Shown here: positions 18,788 through 28,121 of the stretch, in pieces
How positions within the stretch are numbered: position 1 is the stretch's first letter
Layout: each line of letters begins with the position of its first letter
Assembly (NCBI GenBank): GCA_046049545.1
Contig: JBJORF010000005.1
Span: 11,875-75,874, forward strand
Reading direction: 5' to 3'
Source: Cyanobacteriota bacterium
GTDB taxonomy: Bacteria; Cyanobacteriota; Cyanobacteriia; Leptolyngbyales; Leptolyngbyaceae
DNA length: 64,000 bases
Program-made: the position numbers and the translations under genes
Notes under the pieces: generated by a model
The model's input: the letters and a program-made list of their open reading frames with translations, nothing else
The model's database searches: none
Told to the model about the DNA's origin: nothing

Positions 18788-19483
18788 CTAAGCGACACCC
18801 GCTTTGGCCAGTAACGCTTTGAACAGTCCTAATCCGTCAGTATTGCCTAAAGCCGCATCCGCGCAGCGTTCCGGGTGGGGCATCATGCCGAGGACGTTGC
18901 CTTGGGCGTTGCAGATCCCGGCGATGTTGTTGAGTGAGCCGTTGATATTAGCATCGTCCGTGACGTTACCGTTCGCATCACAGTAGCGGAACAGGACTTG
19001 GCCGTTATCTTCGATCGCCTTCAAGGTATCCGCATCCGCGTAGTAACAGCCTTCCCCATGGGCAACGGGGACGCTGATGATTTGGCCTTGTTGGTAGGCG
19101 TGAGTCCAGGGGGTGTCCGTGCGTTCGATCTTGAGGGGGACACGATCGCAGATAAAGTGCAGATCGCGATTCCGCATCAGCGCACCGGGGAGTAATCCGG
19201 CTTCCGTCAGGACTTGGAACCCATTGCAGACACCGAGGACGTACTTGCCCTGTTCCGCATGGTTGCGGGTCGCTTGCATGACCGGGGAGAAGCGCGCGAT
19301 CGCGCCGCAGCGCAGATAATCCCCATAGCTAAAGCCACCAGGGACAACCATCACATCAATGTCGCTAATGTCGCTGTCCTCATGCCAGATCATGCGAGTC
19401 GGTTGGCCGAGAATGCCTTGGGTAATCCAAGCCATATCGCGATCGCAGTTGGAGCCGGGGAAGACGACGATGCCGAATTTCAT
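18788..19483 (-). CDS. purQ: Phosphoribosylformylglycinamidine synthase, glutaminase subunit PurQ
   Basis: [16 protein letters not shown], catalytic Cys in GVCNGFQ, and HPER near the C-terminus. Confidence 0.93.
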   Translation of the reverse strand: MKFGIVVFPGSNCDRDMAWITQGILGQPTRMIWHEDSDISDIDVMVVPGGFSYGDYLRCGAIARFSPVMQATRNHAEQGKYVLGVCNGFQVLTEAGLLPGALMRNRDLHFICDRVPLKIERTDTPWTHAYQQGQIISVPVAHGEGCYYADADTLKAIEDNGQVLFRYCDANGNVTDDANINGSLNNIAGICNAQGNVLGMMPHPERCADAALGNTDGLGLFKALLAKAGVA

Positions 19484-19519
19484 GGTTTTGCGGGGATTGA
19501 TTGGAGGGGGCAGGCCGAA

Positions 19520-19777
19520 TTATTGGGCGTGAAGTTCGAAGCGGTAGTTTTCGATCACGGGGTTGGCGAGGAGTTGGTCGCACACTTGATCGAGTTGCGC
19601 TTTGGCGGCGGTCTCGCTATCGGCGGTGAGGATCATTTCCACAAATTTGCCGATGCGGACGCTGTCAACATTGTTGTATCCCATGTGACTGAGGCCAGAC
19701 TGGACGGCGGTGCCAGCGGGATCGAGGACGGACGGACGAAGGGTGACAAAGATTTGGGCCTGATAGGTTTGTGCCAC
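19520..19777 (-). CDS. purS: Phosphoribosylformylglycinamidine synthase subunit PurS
   Basis: 85 aa directly upstream of purQ. YQAQIFVTLRPSVLDPAG... is a typical PurS sequence. GTG start. Confidence 0.88.
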   Translation of the reverse strand: MAQTYQAQIFVTLRPSVLDPAGTAVQSGLSHMGYNNVDSVRIGKFVEMILTADSETAAKAQLDQVCDQLLANPVIENYRFELHAQ

Positions 19778-19890
19778 GGGAAGAAGTCCTGTATGCGCGC
19801 GAATGTCGGCTTCCCATTGTAGGGCAATCGGGTAAACTCAAACATGCGTCCGGTTTTCCTGGCGCTGAATTTCCTCGCCGCCGCTCTCCT

Positions 19891-20280
19891 ATGGAAACCC
19901 GCCGGACTCGTAGCCAAGACCGCATTCTCGATTGTCTAAAAAATTGTGCCGATCCGATTTCGGCGCAGGATATCTATGTGGCGCTCCGATCGCAGAATCA
20001 ATCGATGGGGCTAGCGACGGTGTATCGATCGCTCGATCTACTTAAAAAGGCGGGGCTGGTGCAGGTGCGGACGCAGCCAACGGGGGAGTCGCTCTATACG
20101 ACGATCCAGGAAGATCGCCATCACTTGACTTGTTTGAATTGCGGGCTGTCGATCCCGATCGATGACTGTCCGGTGCATCATTTGGAGGATGAGCTGACGC
20201 AGATGCACACATTCAAGATCCACTATCACACGCTGGAATTTTTTGGCCTCTGCCAACGCTGTCAGCTCACAGAGGCATGA
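19891..20280 (+). CDS. zur: Fur-family regulator, Zur (FurB)-like
   Basis: METRRTRSQDRIL...SMGLATVYRSL...HHLTCLNCG...CPVH...YHTLEFFGLCQRCQ closely resembles cyanobacterial FurB/Zur. The ATG at 19891 is preferred. Confidence 0.8.
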   Translation: METRRTRSQDRILDCLKNCADPISAQDIYVALRSQNQSMGLATVYRSLDLLKKAGLVQVRTQPTGESLYTTIQEDRHHLTCLNCGLSIPIDDCPVHHLEDELTQMHTFKIHYHTLEFFGLCQRCQLTEA

Positions 20281-20290
20281 TGCGGAAGGG

Positions 20291-21247
20291 TTACGGGCGG
20301 TTCTCGACGATCGCCATCATGCTTTGAATACTGGCGGGGATGCTAGCGGGATCCATGAACAGGACTTTGCTGCTGTCGCTCTTACCGATCGTTTCGCCCA
20401 TGTTCAGATAACCGAGGGCCATGAGGAGCTGGGCGGCATTGGTGGCGCTCGGGTCACTATTGAGGGCTTGGGTGACGATGTTGACGGCTTCGGCGGTGGC
20501 TTGGGCTTTGAGCACCTGTTGCTGACGGTTGGCCTGGGCTTCAAGAACAATGCGCTGCTGTTCGGCTTCGGCGGCGAGGACGGTGGCGCGTTTGCGAGCT
20601 TCGGCATCGAGGACTTGGGCTTCGGCTTTACCGCGCGCGCTGTTGACAGCGGCATCACGTTCGCCTTCGGAGGTGAGGACGGCGGCGCGTTTTTTGCGTT
20701 CGGCGGACATTTGCAATTCCATCGATTCCATCACGGCTTTGGCCGGGACAATTTCTTTCAGCTCGACGCGGGTGACTTTGATGCCCCAGGGGTCGGTGGC
20801 TTGATCGAGTTCGCGCAGCAGGGTTTCATTGATCTGTTCGCGGGCGGTGAAGGTTTCGTCGAGTTCGAGTTTCCCCATTTCGGCGCGGACTTGGGCCAAG
20901 GCAAGATTGACCATGGCGGCTTGGAGGTTCTGGACTTTGTAGTAAGTCTTGGACATATCAACGATCCGCCAATAGATTACTGCGTCCGCCGCGATCGAGA
21001 CGTTATCCCGCGTAATACAGTTCTGCGGGGGAATGTCGATCACTTTTTCCCGAATCGTGTCGCGGTAGGCGATCCGATCGAGGCCCGGAATGATGAAGTT
21101 GAGGCCCGGTTCGAGTTTACGATCGAACTGGCCGAGGCGTTCGACCAAGGCTTCATTCCCTTGTTCAATTACTTTGACCGTGGAAGCGGCGACGCTGCCG
21201 CCTAAGACTAATGCGACGAACCAACCCAACATAATCCGCTGCTCCAA
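20291..21247 (-). CDS. SPFH/Band 7 (stomatin-like) membrane protein
   Basis: N-terminal TM helix, an SPFH core ([27 protein letters not shown]) and an Ala/Glu/Gln-rich coiled-coil tail. Preceded by an NfeD gene, the classic pairing. Confidence 0.88.
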   Translation of the reverse strand: MEQRIMLGWFVALVLGGSVAASTVKVIEQGNEALVERLGQFDRKLEPGLNFIIPGLDRIAYRDTIREKVIDIPPQNCITRDNVSIAADAVIYWRIVDMSKTYYKVQNLQAAMVNLALAQVRAEMGKLELDETFTAREQINETLLRELDQATDPWGIKVTRVELKEIVPAKAVMESMELQMSAERKKRAAVLTSEGERDAAVNSARGKAEAQVLDAEARKRATVLAAEAEQQRIVLEAQANRQQQVLKAQATAEAVNIVTQALNSDPSATNAAQLLMALGYLNMGETIGKSDSSKVLFMDPASIPASIQSMMAIVENRP

Positions 21248-21295
21248 AAAAGTTTGTTTGTCTGAATGGTTAGATTTGAATGATTGGAAAAGTAA

Positions 21296-21694
21296 TCAAC
21301 GCGTCGTCACAATCAGCGTCGTCCCATCCCGCCCGACGATCGTTACGGGCATTGTAGCCGCTAAAGATTGCTGTGGATCCTCAAGTTTGGCAGCCCAGGA
21401 CTGACCTTCGTACTGCACCCGACCGATCCCATTTACGGGAATGTCCGTGAGGGTTTCGCCCGCTGCGGCATCGAACTTATGCGATCGCGCCGGAGATTTG
21501 ACCAAGGGGCGGGAGAGCAGGATGCCGAGGGTAGTCAAGATCAGCCAAAGCATGACCTGTCCCCCAAAGGCGATAATGATTCCACTCATAAAGCCGACGA
21601 GGATTGCCGCCACACCGCCCACAAGCGCCACATAGGCGGTGGGGACGATCGCTTCTAAAATACAAAGGCCGAAGCCCACTAAAAACCAAATCAT
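21296..21694 (-). CDS. NfeD-family membrane protein
   Basis: Three TM helices plus a C-terminal OB-like soluble domain (GRVQYEGQSWAAK). Sits upstream of the stomatin-like gene. Confidence 0.8.
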   Translation of the reverse strand: MIWFLVGFGLCILEAIVPTAYVALVGGVAAILVGFMSGIIIAFGGQVMLWLILTTLGILLSRPLVKSPARSHKFDAAAGETLTDIPVNGIGRVQYEGQSWAAKLEDPQQSLAATMPVTIVGRDGTTLIVTTR

Positions 21695-21887
21695 CTTGGG
21701 ATAAGCCCGATTAGGGTTTGATGGATTGCTTGCAAGCTGTGAAATCGTTGGTATAGTTTGTATGCCAAATACCTACATAACGTACCCGCACCGTTACGGA
21801 AAGTAGATCGATGATTGATCGATGATTTTTCGAGGTTTTTATGTGGCGGGTTTTTGCGACCTGTTTTGCAGTTTTGAATGTTGCCCC

Positions 21888-23786
21888 ATGAATCGCCTGG
21901 AACCCCAAATCGCCTGTGTCAATCCGCAATGTGAGCGCCCAGCGAATCGGCTGAATGCCAAGGTTTGTGCGAATTGTGGGACACCGATCGTTCGGCGATA
22001 CGTCTGGGCAGTAGGGGAAAAAGCGGCGCAAAAAAAACTCGGCACAACGGCAGGCAATGCGCGCTACTACGTCTGTGAACCGCAGATTTGGCTGGATCTT
22101 GACCCGAATGAGCCGCCGATTCAAGCACCAGAGGTGCCCGAGGAACTGCTGCCCTATCTCTACTTGTATCCCCACCGCTTGCATGTGCCATCGATCTATG
22201 GGATTTCGATCGATGGCCGGGGCGATGAAGTCCTGTTGCTCGATCATGCGGCGATTACCCGTGATGGAAAACCCTTGCCGAGTTTAGTCAGTCGTTGGGC
22301 CGAAGCCACTGCGACGCGGCAGGTCTACTGGCTCTATCAATTGGCGCAGTTGTGGGAACCGTTGCAGCAGTGGAATATGCTCGGTTCGCTGCTCGATAGC
22401 GATTTGATTCGGGTGCAGGATTGGCGGGTGCGGTTGCAGGAATTGCAGCCCGCGCATCCTTCGGTGGATTTGTCGGATTTAGCTGGGACTTGGCGGATCT
22501 GGCTCCCCGAGGCGAAACCGGCGATCGCGCCAGCATTAGGCCAGCTCATCGAGCAAATGCAGCAGGGCAACTTGACGATCGCTACGCTCTTGGCCGAACT
22601 GAATCAACTCCTGCTCCAACAAGCGGCCCAATCCCCGTTGCGGCTTCAGGCTTACGGTGCAACCGATACCGGGAAAGCCCGATCGCACAATGAAGATTCC
22701 TGCTACCCGATCGGAGCGGCCAGTGTGCAGGATGAGTTGACCGGGCGGTTGGCGATCGTTTGTGATGGGATTGGCGGTCATGAGGGCGGTGAAGTTGCCA
22801 GTCAGATGGCGCTGCGACTGTTGCGACCGCAGATGCAAGCCTTGATCAACGAAATCGGTCAGCAGGGTGAACTGGCGACTCCGGAATTGATCGCGGATCA
22901 ACTCCAGTCGATCGCCCGCGTGGTAAATAACGTCATCTCGAATGAGAACGACGACCAGGAGCGCGAAGCGCGGCGGCGGATGGGGACGACATTGGTGCTG
23001 GCGTTACAGTTGCCCCAGCGGGTGCAGTTACCCAGCGGCGCGGTTTCTGGGAATGCCCACGAATTGTATCTGCTGAGCATTGGCGATAGTCGGATCTACT
23101 GGCTGACGGCAAATGCCTGCCACTGTCTGTCAATCGATGACGACGTGGCGACAAGGGAAGTGAAGATGGGGCGATCGGTCTACGCCGAAGCCTTGCAGCG
23201 TCCCGATGGTGGTGCGCTCACCCAAGCCCTCGGGATGCGCGATGGCGAATACCTGCGTCCCAATGTGTCGCGCTACGTCCTCGAAGAAGATGGGGTATTG
23301 CTGCTGTGCTCCGATGGGCTGAGCGATCGCGATTTAGTGGAAACCCACTGGCAGAACTACACTGAACCCGTACTGCGTGGACAAATGACCTTGGAACAGG
23401 CAGTGAATGGCTGGATCAAGCTCGCCAACGACAAGAACGGTACCGACAATATTTCGGTTGTCCTGACCCGCGTGGAAGTGTCGGTGAAACCGGAACTGGT
23501 TCTGGATGGTGCGGGGGCGGAGTCGAGTGGCGTTGAAGAAGATGACTTGGCGGAAATCGAGGCCCAGGCGGCAGCCACGAGTGAACCCGCAACGGATGCA
23601 GTCGCGGCGCTAGCACCGCGCAAAGGCCGTTGGGGGTGGCTCAAGGGCTGGCTCATCCTATCGTTGCTGGCGGGCGGCGGGGTCGCTTGGTCGCAGCTTG
23701 ATCCGGGTAGCTTCAATCCTGTGCGCGATCGGATCGACACGCAGGTTCGACAATGGCGGGACGCGATCGGCGCAAGGTTTAAATAA
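21888..23786 (+). CDS. PP2C-type Ser/Thr phosphatase with an N-terminal 4-Cys zinc-ribbon and a C-terminal TM anchor
   Basis: CVNPQCERP...CANCG at the N-terminus. PP2C motifs DGIGGHEGGEVAS, GDSRIYW, LLLCSDGLSD and DNISVV. C-terminal hydrophobic segment WLILSLLAGGGVAW. The ATG at 21888 is preferred. Confidence 0.85.
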   Translation: MNRLEPQIACVNPQCERPANRLNAKVCANCGTPIVRRYVWAVGEKAAQKKLGTTAGNARYYVCEPQIWLDLDPNEPPIQAPEVPEELLPYLYLYPHRLHVPSIYGISIDGRGDEVLLLDHAAITRDGKPLPSLVSRWAEATATRQVYWLYQLAQLWEPLQQWNMLGSLLDSDLIRVQDWRVRLQELQPAHPSVDLSDLAGTWRIWLPEAKPAIAPALGQLIEQMQQGNLTIATLLAELNQLLLQQAAQSPLRLQAYGATDTGKARSHNEDSCYPIGAASVQDELTGRLAIVCDGIGGHEGGEVASQMALRLLRPQMQALINEIGQQGELATPELIADQLQSIARVVNNVISNENDDQEREARRRMGTTLVLALQLPQRVQLPSGAVSGNAHELYLLSIGDSRIYWLTANACHCLSIDDDVATREVKMGRSVYAEALQRPDGGALTQALGMRDGEYLRPNVSRYVLEEDGVLLLCSDGLSDRDLVETHWQNYTEPVLRGQMTLEQAVNGWIKLANDKNGTDNISVVLTRVEVSVKPELVLDGAGAESSGVEEDDLAEIEAQAAATSEPATDAVAALAPRKGRWGWLKGWLILSLLAGGGVAWSQLDPGSFNPVRDRIDTQVRQWRDAIGARFK

Positions 23787-23859
23787 ATCCAGCGGGCACG
23801 GTGGAAAACGCGCCAAAAACTTCTATGATCAATCTGATTTTGCTAGTCGGGAACGGTGT

Positions 23860-24114
23860 ATGGTGAGTGCTGTAGCGCAAGTTAGTAAGTCTATGGAAGT
23901 CGGTACTCGGGTTAAAGTCGTAACTTCAGTGGTGATCTATAACCATCCGGAGCATCGCAATCAGCCTTTTGATCTGCAAGGCCACGAGGGTGAAATCGTG
24001 GCCTTGGCCAGCGAGTATCAGGGTAAGCCCATCACGGCGAACTTTCCCTACATTGTGCAGTTTGGCCCGAAGCATCGGGTGCATTTGAGTGATCAAGAAA
24101 TTGCCACGGTCTAA
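23860..24114 (+). CDS. ftrV: Ferredoxin-thioredoxin reductase variable chain
   Basis: VGTRVKVVTSVVIYNHPEHRNQPFDLQGHEGEIV... matches the FtrV pattern. ATG at 23860 inside ORF 23698-24114. Confidence 0.8.
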   Translation: MVSAVAQVSKSMEVGTRVKVVTSVVIYNHPEHRNQPFDLQGHEGEIVALASEYQGKPITANFPYIVQFGPKHRVHLSDQEIATV

Positions 24115-24134
24115 ATCGTATTGCCCTGACCGCG

Positions 24135-25379
24135 ATGCCTAGATTGGATGATCCGCAAGCATTGATTCGGTATTTACGATCGCCCCAGGCCATTCGCGAT
24201 CGCGCTCAAGAATTATTTGAGTTGGGGTTAGCAGGTGATTTGCCCTATTTTCAGATCGATTTGGGCCAGCTTGATCGGGTGGTGCAATTTGTCGATCGCA
24301 TCACCCGATCAACCTATCCTGACCTGCAAATTCCGTTTCACAGCCGTTGGCGGCATTTCCCGGACGATCGGATTGTCCAACGCTTCGACTCCCTCGATCC
24401 TGTTGACCGGATTAAGGCGAAGTTGGATTTGGTCATTCCCAGTGTGTTGCTGGATGCGGGGGCGGGGGAGCAGTGGCGTTATGTCGATGCCCAAGGTCAG
24501 ACTTGGCAGCGATCGGAGGGACTGGCGATCGCTTGTCTGGAAATGTTTGAGCGGGGGCTGTGGTCAGGCGATGGACGGCAGCGAACTGACGCGAACGGGC
24601 TGGGTCAAATCACCTTGGCCCAGTTACAAGCGGGCTTTCAAGTGAGTGCCAAGAATCCGATGCTCGGTCTGGAAGGACGTTGGCAAATGCTGAAGCGATT
24701 GGCGACAGTGCTGGAGCAGCGGGATTTTATCGATCGCTCAGGCGACTCGCCGCGTTTTGGGAATCTGATTCAGGCGCGCGACGCGGTGGATGATTCCCGA
24801 TCGATGGCAACCTGGATTCCTGAGCTGTTGAAAATATTTAGTCCGTTGTGGGCTGATGGTCTCCGACCGACCGGAGGTCATCGGTTGTTGGTAGCAGGTC
24901 AGCCGATCGGTGATGTGGGATTTCATCCAGCGTTATCGCCATTGGTCGCCGATGACCCGAATAGTCGCTGGATCCCGTTTCATAAACTGGCGCAATGGTT
25001 GATTTGTTCGTTGGTGGAGCCGTTTGAGGAATGGCAGCAGGTCGTGCGGGGGCTGCACTGTTTGAGTGGCTTGGCCGAATATCGTAATGGGGGGCTATTC
25101 ATCGACTTTGGGGTGCTGAAGTTGCGTGATCCGAGTCTTGTCGCGCAGTTACATTCGCCGGATTCAGTATTGATTGTCGAATGGCGGGGGCTGACTCTGT
25201 GGTTGCTGGAATTAATCAGGTTAGAGCTGCTCGATCGCTGGGGAATGGGGCCGGAAGAATTGCCCATGATTAAAGTATTACAAGGAGGCAGTTGGGCAGC
25301 GGGACGAGCGATCGCGCGGGAGTTGCGATCGGATGGGGGGCCACCGTTGCGGATTCAGAGTGATGGCACGGTATTTTAG
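24135..25379 (+). CDS. DUF1688 (URC4/Urg3-like) family protein
   Basis: 414 aa. The N-terminal block LRSPQAIRDRAQELF...FHSRWRHF is remembered from DUF1688 proteins. Tentative. Confidence 0.55.
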   Translation: MPRLDDPQALIRYLRSPQAIRDRAQELFELGLAGDLPYFQIDLGQLDRVVQFVDRITRSTYPDLQIPFHSRWRHFPDDRIVQRFDSLDPVDRIKAKLDLVIPSVLLDAGAGEQWRYVDAQGQTWQRSEGLAIACLEMFERGLWSGDGRQRTDANGLGQITLAQLQAGFQVSAKNPMLGLEGRWQMLKRLATVLEQRDFIDRSGDSPRFGNLIQARDAVDDSRSMATWIPELLKIFSPLWADGLRPTGGHRLLVAGQPIGDVGFHPALSPLVADDPNSRWIPFHKLAQWLICSLVEPFEEWQQVVRGLHCLSGLAEYRNGGLFIDFGVLKLRDPSLVAQLHSPDSVLIVEWRGLTLWLLELIRLELLDRWGMGPEELPMIKVLQGGSWAAGRAIARELRSDGGPPLRIQSDGTVF

Positions 25380-25503
25380 TCGCGCGATCCGTAGGGGCGT
25401 GCATCCCACGCCCACAGCCTACGCCCACCCACGATCACCCCCATCATCCCCCCGAATCGATGCAATCCGTTGAATTTGGAATTGCTATTAGAAGCGAGTG
25501 AAT

Positions 25504-25533
25504 TTGCGGGGTCGATCGATGTTCTGCTATAAT
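25504..25533 (+). promoter_or_regulatory. Candidate sigma70-type promoter of tRNA-Cys
   Basis: TTGCGG (25504-25509), an 18-nt spacer, then TATAAT (25528-25533), 15 nt upstream of the mature tRNA 5' end. Confidence 0.3.
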
Positions 25534-25548
25534 TGCAGCAGCATGTTT

Positions 25549-25620
25549 GGCGACATGGCCAAGTGGTAAGGCAAGGGTCTGCAAAATCCTCATCCCCCGG
25601 TTCGAATCCGGGTGTCGCCT
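25549..25620 (+). tRNA. trnC: tRNA-Cys (anticodon GCA)
   Basis: GGCGACATGGCCAAGTGGTAAGGCAAGGGTCTGCAAAATCCTCATCCCCCGGTTCGAATCCGGGTGTCGCCT. Anticodon loop CTGCAAA and T-loop GGTTCGAATCC. CCA is not encoded. Confidence 0.93.
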
Positions 25621-25664
25621 TGAAGGTTCAATTCTGAAATTAGAGCAATTCAAGTGTTTCAGTT

Positions 25665-26029
25665 CTAAACTAATTCAGAAACATCGATCGACATATCCGA
25701 AAAAGCGACCAGATTCAGGTTGCCACTGGTTAGGATTTGCACCGATCGGTAGTCTCCATCCACCGGATCACGATGCACAACCACTGTACGATCCTGAAGA
25801 TTGACTAGCGAGTATTCCTGGGGTGCCCTTCACGCACTTCCACCTGATTGCCCAACGACCGGCGCAACACTTTAGCCGCTCTGCTACAGCGAACAGCATG
25901 TTCAATTCCTTCCGGTGGCCTATCGACAATTTCTCCGTTCAACAATTCCACGCACACCTCATCCAGCACACCCGCTGCAATCATCTGGTGATACTGCGCG
26001 ATCGTGCATTTCGCAAGTGTGACCGTCAT
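25665..26029 (-). pseudogene. Uma2-family endonuclease pseudogene (internal deletion plus frameshift)
   Basis: N-terminal 74 codons (25805-26029: ...YHQMIAAGVLDE...ELLNGEIVD...) end at a TAG. A different frame continues with QEYSLVNLQDRTVVVHRDPVDGDYRSVQIL..., the typical Uma2 C-terminus. The middle catalytic part is missing. Confidence 0.65.
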
Positions 26030-26056
26030 GGGCGTTAAACCTGTGGCGTAATGCGT

Positions 26057-26632
26057 CTAGTCAAACCAGCCAATTTCCTTGTCCTCGATGCCGCTGGGCA
26101 AAGAACCATTCGGAAATACGGGATGCACGAGATTGTTGTAATTCGGTTGCTTGGGTGCAGCGAGGGCCGTGGCGGCTTTGGCCTCGGCGGCGGCTTTGGC
26201 CTCAGCGGCAGCTTTGGCTTCAGCAGCTTTCGCAGCTTTCGCAGTGGCGGTGGCTTGGGCGATCGTGGCCTGAGCAGCTTCCGCTTCGGTCATCAGTTTC
26301 TGGTTCAGCGTCGCCAGTTGACGGGCTTCGGCTTTGGCTTTGTCGAGGTCAGCTTGAACTTTCGCGGCGGCGTTAGCTTGGCTTTGCAGGGTTTGGATTT
26401 GGTCGGATTGTTCGGCCAGTTTGCTTTCGAGGGCCGCGATCGTAGCGTTCAATTTCGTCTCATGCTGAACCGCGCTGGCCAATTTACTTTCGAGGGTCGC
26501 GATCGTGGCGTTTAAGGCAGCGCTGTCATCAGCGGTTGGGGCGGTTGCGGCGGCAGGCGGCGATTCCGGCTGCGGTTGGGGCTTGGCTGAGAAACCAGTT
26601 TTAGCAGCGGTTTTATTGGATTTTGTGGCCAT
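26057..26632 (-). CDS. Ala/Gln/Lys-rich coiled-coil protein, hypothetical
   Basis: Duplicated segment LNATIA(T/A)LESKLA, repeats EAKAAA x3, and a non-repetitive C-terminus ending KEIGWFD. No family recognised. Confidence 0.6.
   Translation of the reverse strand: MATKSNKTAAKTGFSAKPQPQPESPPAAATAPTADDSAALNATIATLESKLASAVQHETKLNATIAALESKLAEQSDQIQTLQSQANAAAKVQADLDKAKAEARQLATLNQKLMTEAEAAQATIAQATATAKAAKAAEAKAAAEAKAAAEAKAATALAAPKQPNYNNLVHPVFPNGSLPSGIEDKEIGWFD
26172..26243. repeat. In-frame 18-bp tandem repeat x3 plus 9-bp x2 inside the coiled-coil gene
   Basis: GCGGCTTTGGCCTCGGCG, GCGGCTTTGGCCTCAGCG and GCAGCTTTGGCTTCAGCA, then GCTTTCGCA x2. Confidence 0.75.
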
Positions 26633-26858
26633 GGTCTGCTCCCGCGCTTCTCGCGCCGACGATCGCTGGAGCCAATACTATCTATGCCCCATGCTGTGAC
26701 TATAGCGCGGTCGGTCGAGTCTGGGCAAATCTCCGTTAATCTCCGGATCGCCGCCGCCGAACTGGGAGAACGGTTCATGGAAATTACGGATTCTCGATCG
26801 GGCTTGGATTCCGATTATGGCTCAGTTATTTCGGTGCAATCGGTCGCGAGGGGATGCA

Positions 26859-28115
26859 ATGAACAGAATGCAAGGGGCAGGCTTAGGTCTGAGTTTGGCG
26901 CTCATTAATTTGAGCGCTGTGAGTCTTTGGGCCACGGGGGCGGGACTGTTGCTTTCACCCGCGATCGCGGTATCGTCCAAGCCTGCGCCATCCAAACCCG
27001 CACCAGCTAAACCCGCACCAGCTAAACCCGCACCAGCCAAGCCGATCAGCTCGAAACCCGCACCGCCAAAACCTGCACCGCCGAAACCTGTACCGCCAAA
27101 ACCTGCACCGCCGAAACCTGTACCTAAGCCTGCACCGCCTGCACCCAAACCCGCACCCGCGCCATCTCCCAAGCCTGCTCCTGCACCGAATCCTGCGCCG
27201 CCTGCACCCAAACCCGCACCGCCCACCGCAACTGCGAAAGTGGAGCCGACGAGTTTTCTGGAATGGTGTTTGCAACGGCCCAAGCTAGGCGCAGCGACCC
27301 TGGTGACGGTGGAGGCAATGCTCCAACAGGCGGGCAGTCAAGACTGTGTCACCGCCGATCGGCAGCTAGCCCAGGTGAAGCAACTAAATCTTTCGGGCAA
27401 TAAGTTGCAGGATCTCATGCCGCTGCGATCGTTGACGCAGCTTGTGACGCTGAACCTGAGTACGAATCAAATCAAAGATCTGCGACCGCTGGCAGGGATG
27501 AAGGGGCTGACGGCCTTGTATCTATCGGGGAATCAGATTCAGGATTTGTCGCCGTTGCAAGGTTTGAAGGAACTCCGGCGGCTCCAGCTCGATAGTAACC
27601 CGATCGCGCAGCTCCAACCGATCGCGGGGCTGACGAATTTGACCACGCTGAATCTGTATGCGGCGCGGATTGAAGATTTGACGGCGCTTCAGGGCTTAAA
27701 AAATCTCCAAACACTGGGCCTAGAGAGCAATCGAATTAAAGATCTGCGACCGATCGCCGGATTGACCCAACTCGAAACCCTCTATCTCAGCAACAATCAA
27801 ATTCAAGATCTGACCCCATTGGCCGGACTGACCCAATTATCGGATCTGTTGCTCGCGAATAACCAGATTCAGGAGGTGCGATCGCTGGGTGCTTTGCAGC
27901 GCTTGCTCTTCCTCACCCTCAGCGATAACCAAATCCAAAACGTCCAACCCCTCAGCACCCTCAAAAATCTCCCCGCCCTCTACCTCCGCAACAATCAAAT
28001 TCAGGATGTCACGGCCCTCGCCAGCTTGAAAAAGCTCCAAGCCCTGGAATTGGCCAAAAATCCGCTGAAGCTCCGCCGTTGTCCCGTGGAACCCGCAACG
28101 GTTTGTCGGTTTTAG
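26859..28115 (+). CDS. Secreted leucine-rich-repeat protein (internalin-like 22-residue LRRs) with a Pro-rich linker
   Basis: Signal-like N-terminus and a KPAPA/PPKPxP low-complexity linker. About 13 repeats of LxxLxxLxLxxNQIxDLxPLxG. The ATG at 26859 (AGGGGA 6 nt upstream) is preferred over 26817. Confidence 0.8.
   Translation: MNRMQGAGLGLSLALINLSAVSLWATGAGLLLSPAIAVSSKPAPSKPAPAKPAPAKPAPAKPISSKPAPPKPAPPKPVPPKPAPPKPVPKPAPPAPKPAPAPSPKPAPAPNPAPPAPKPAPPTATAKVEPTSFLEWCLQRPKLGAATLVTVEAMLQQAGSQDCVTADRQLAQVKQLNLSGNKLQDLMPLRSLTQLVTLNLSTNQIKDLRPLAGMKGLTALYLSGNQIQDLSPLQGLKELRRLQLDSNPIAQLQPIAGLTNLTTLNLYAARIEDLTALQGLKNLQTLGLESNRIKDLRPIAGLTQLETLYLSNNQIQDLTPLAGLTQLSDLLLANNQIQEVRSLGALQRLLFLTLSDNQIQNVQPLSTLKNLPALYLRNNQIQDVTALASLKKLQALELAKNPLKLRRCPVEPATVCRF
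26994..27125. repeat. In-frame tandem repeats encoding the Pro-rich linker (15 bp x3, then 30 bp x2)
   Basis: AAACCCGCACCAGCT x3 at 26994-27038 and CCAAAACCTGCACCGCCGAAACCTGTACCG x2 at 27066-27125. Confidence 0.75.
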
Positions 28116-28121
28116 GGGGGG

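Noticed and set aside
20243-21205. 320-aa ORF on the plus strand, Gly/Asp/Phe-rich
   Set aside because: It is exactly antisense to the well-supported SPFH/stomatin gene. The low-complexity composition is typical of shadow ORFs in GC-rich DNA, and no motif is present.
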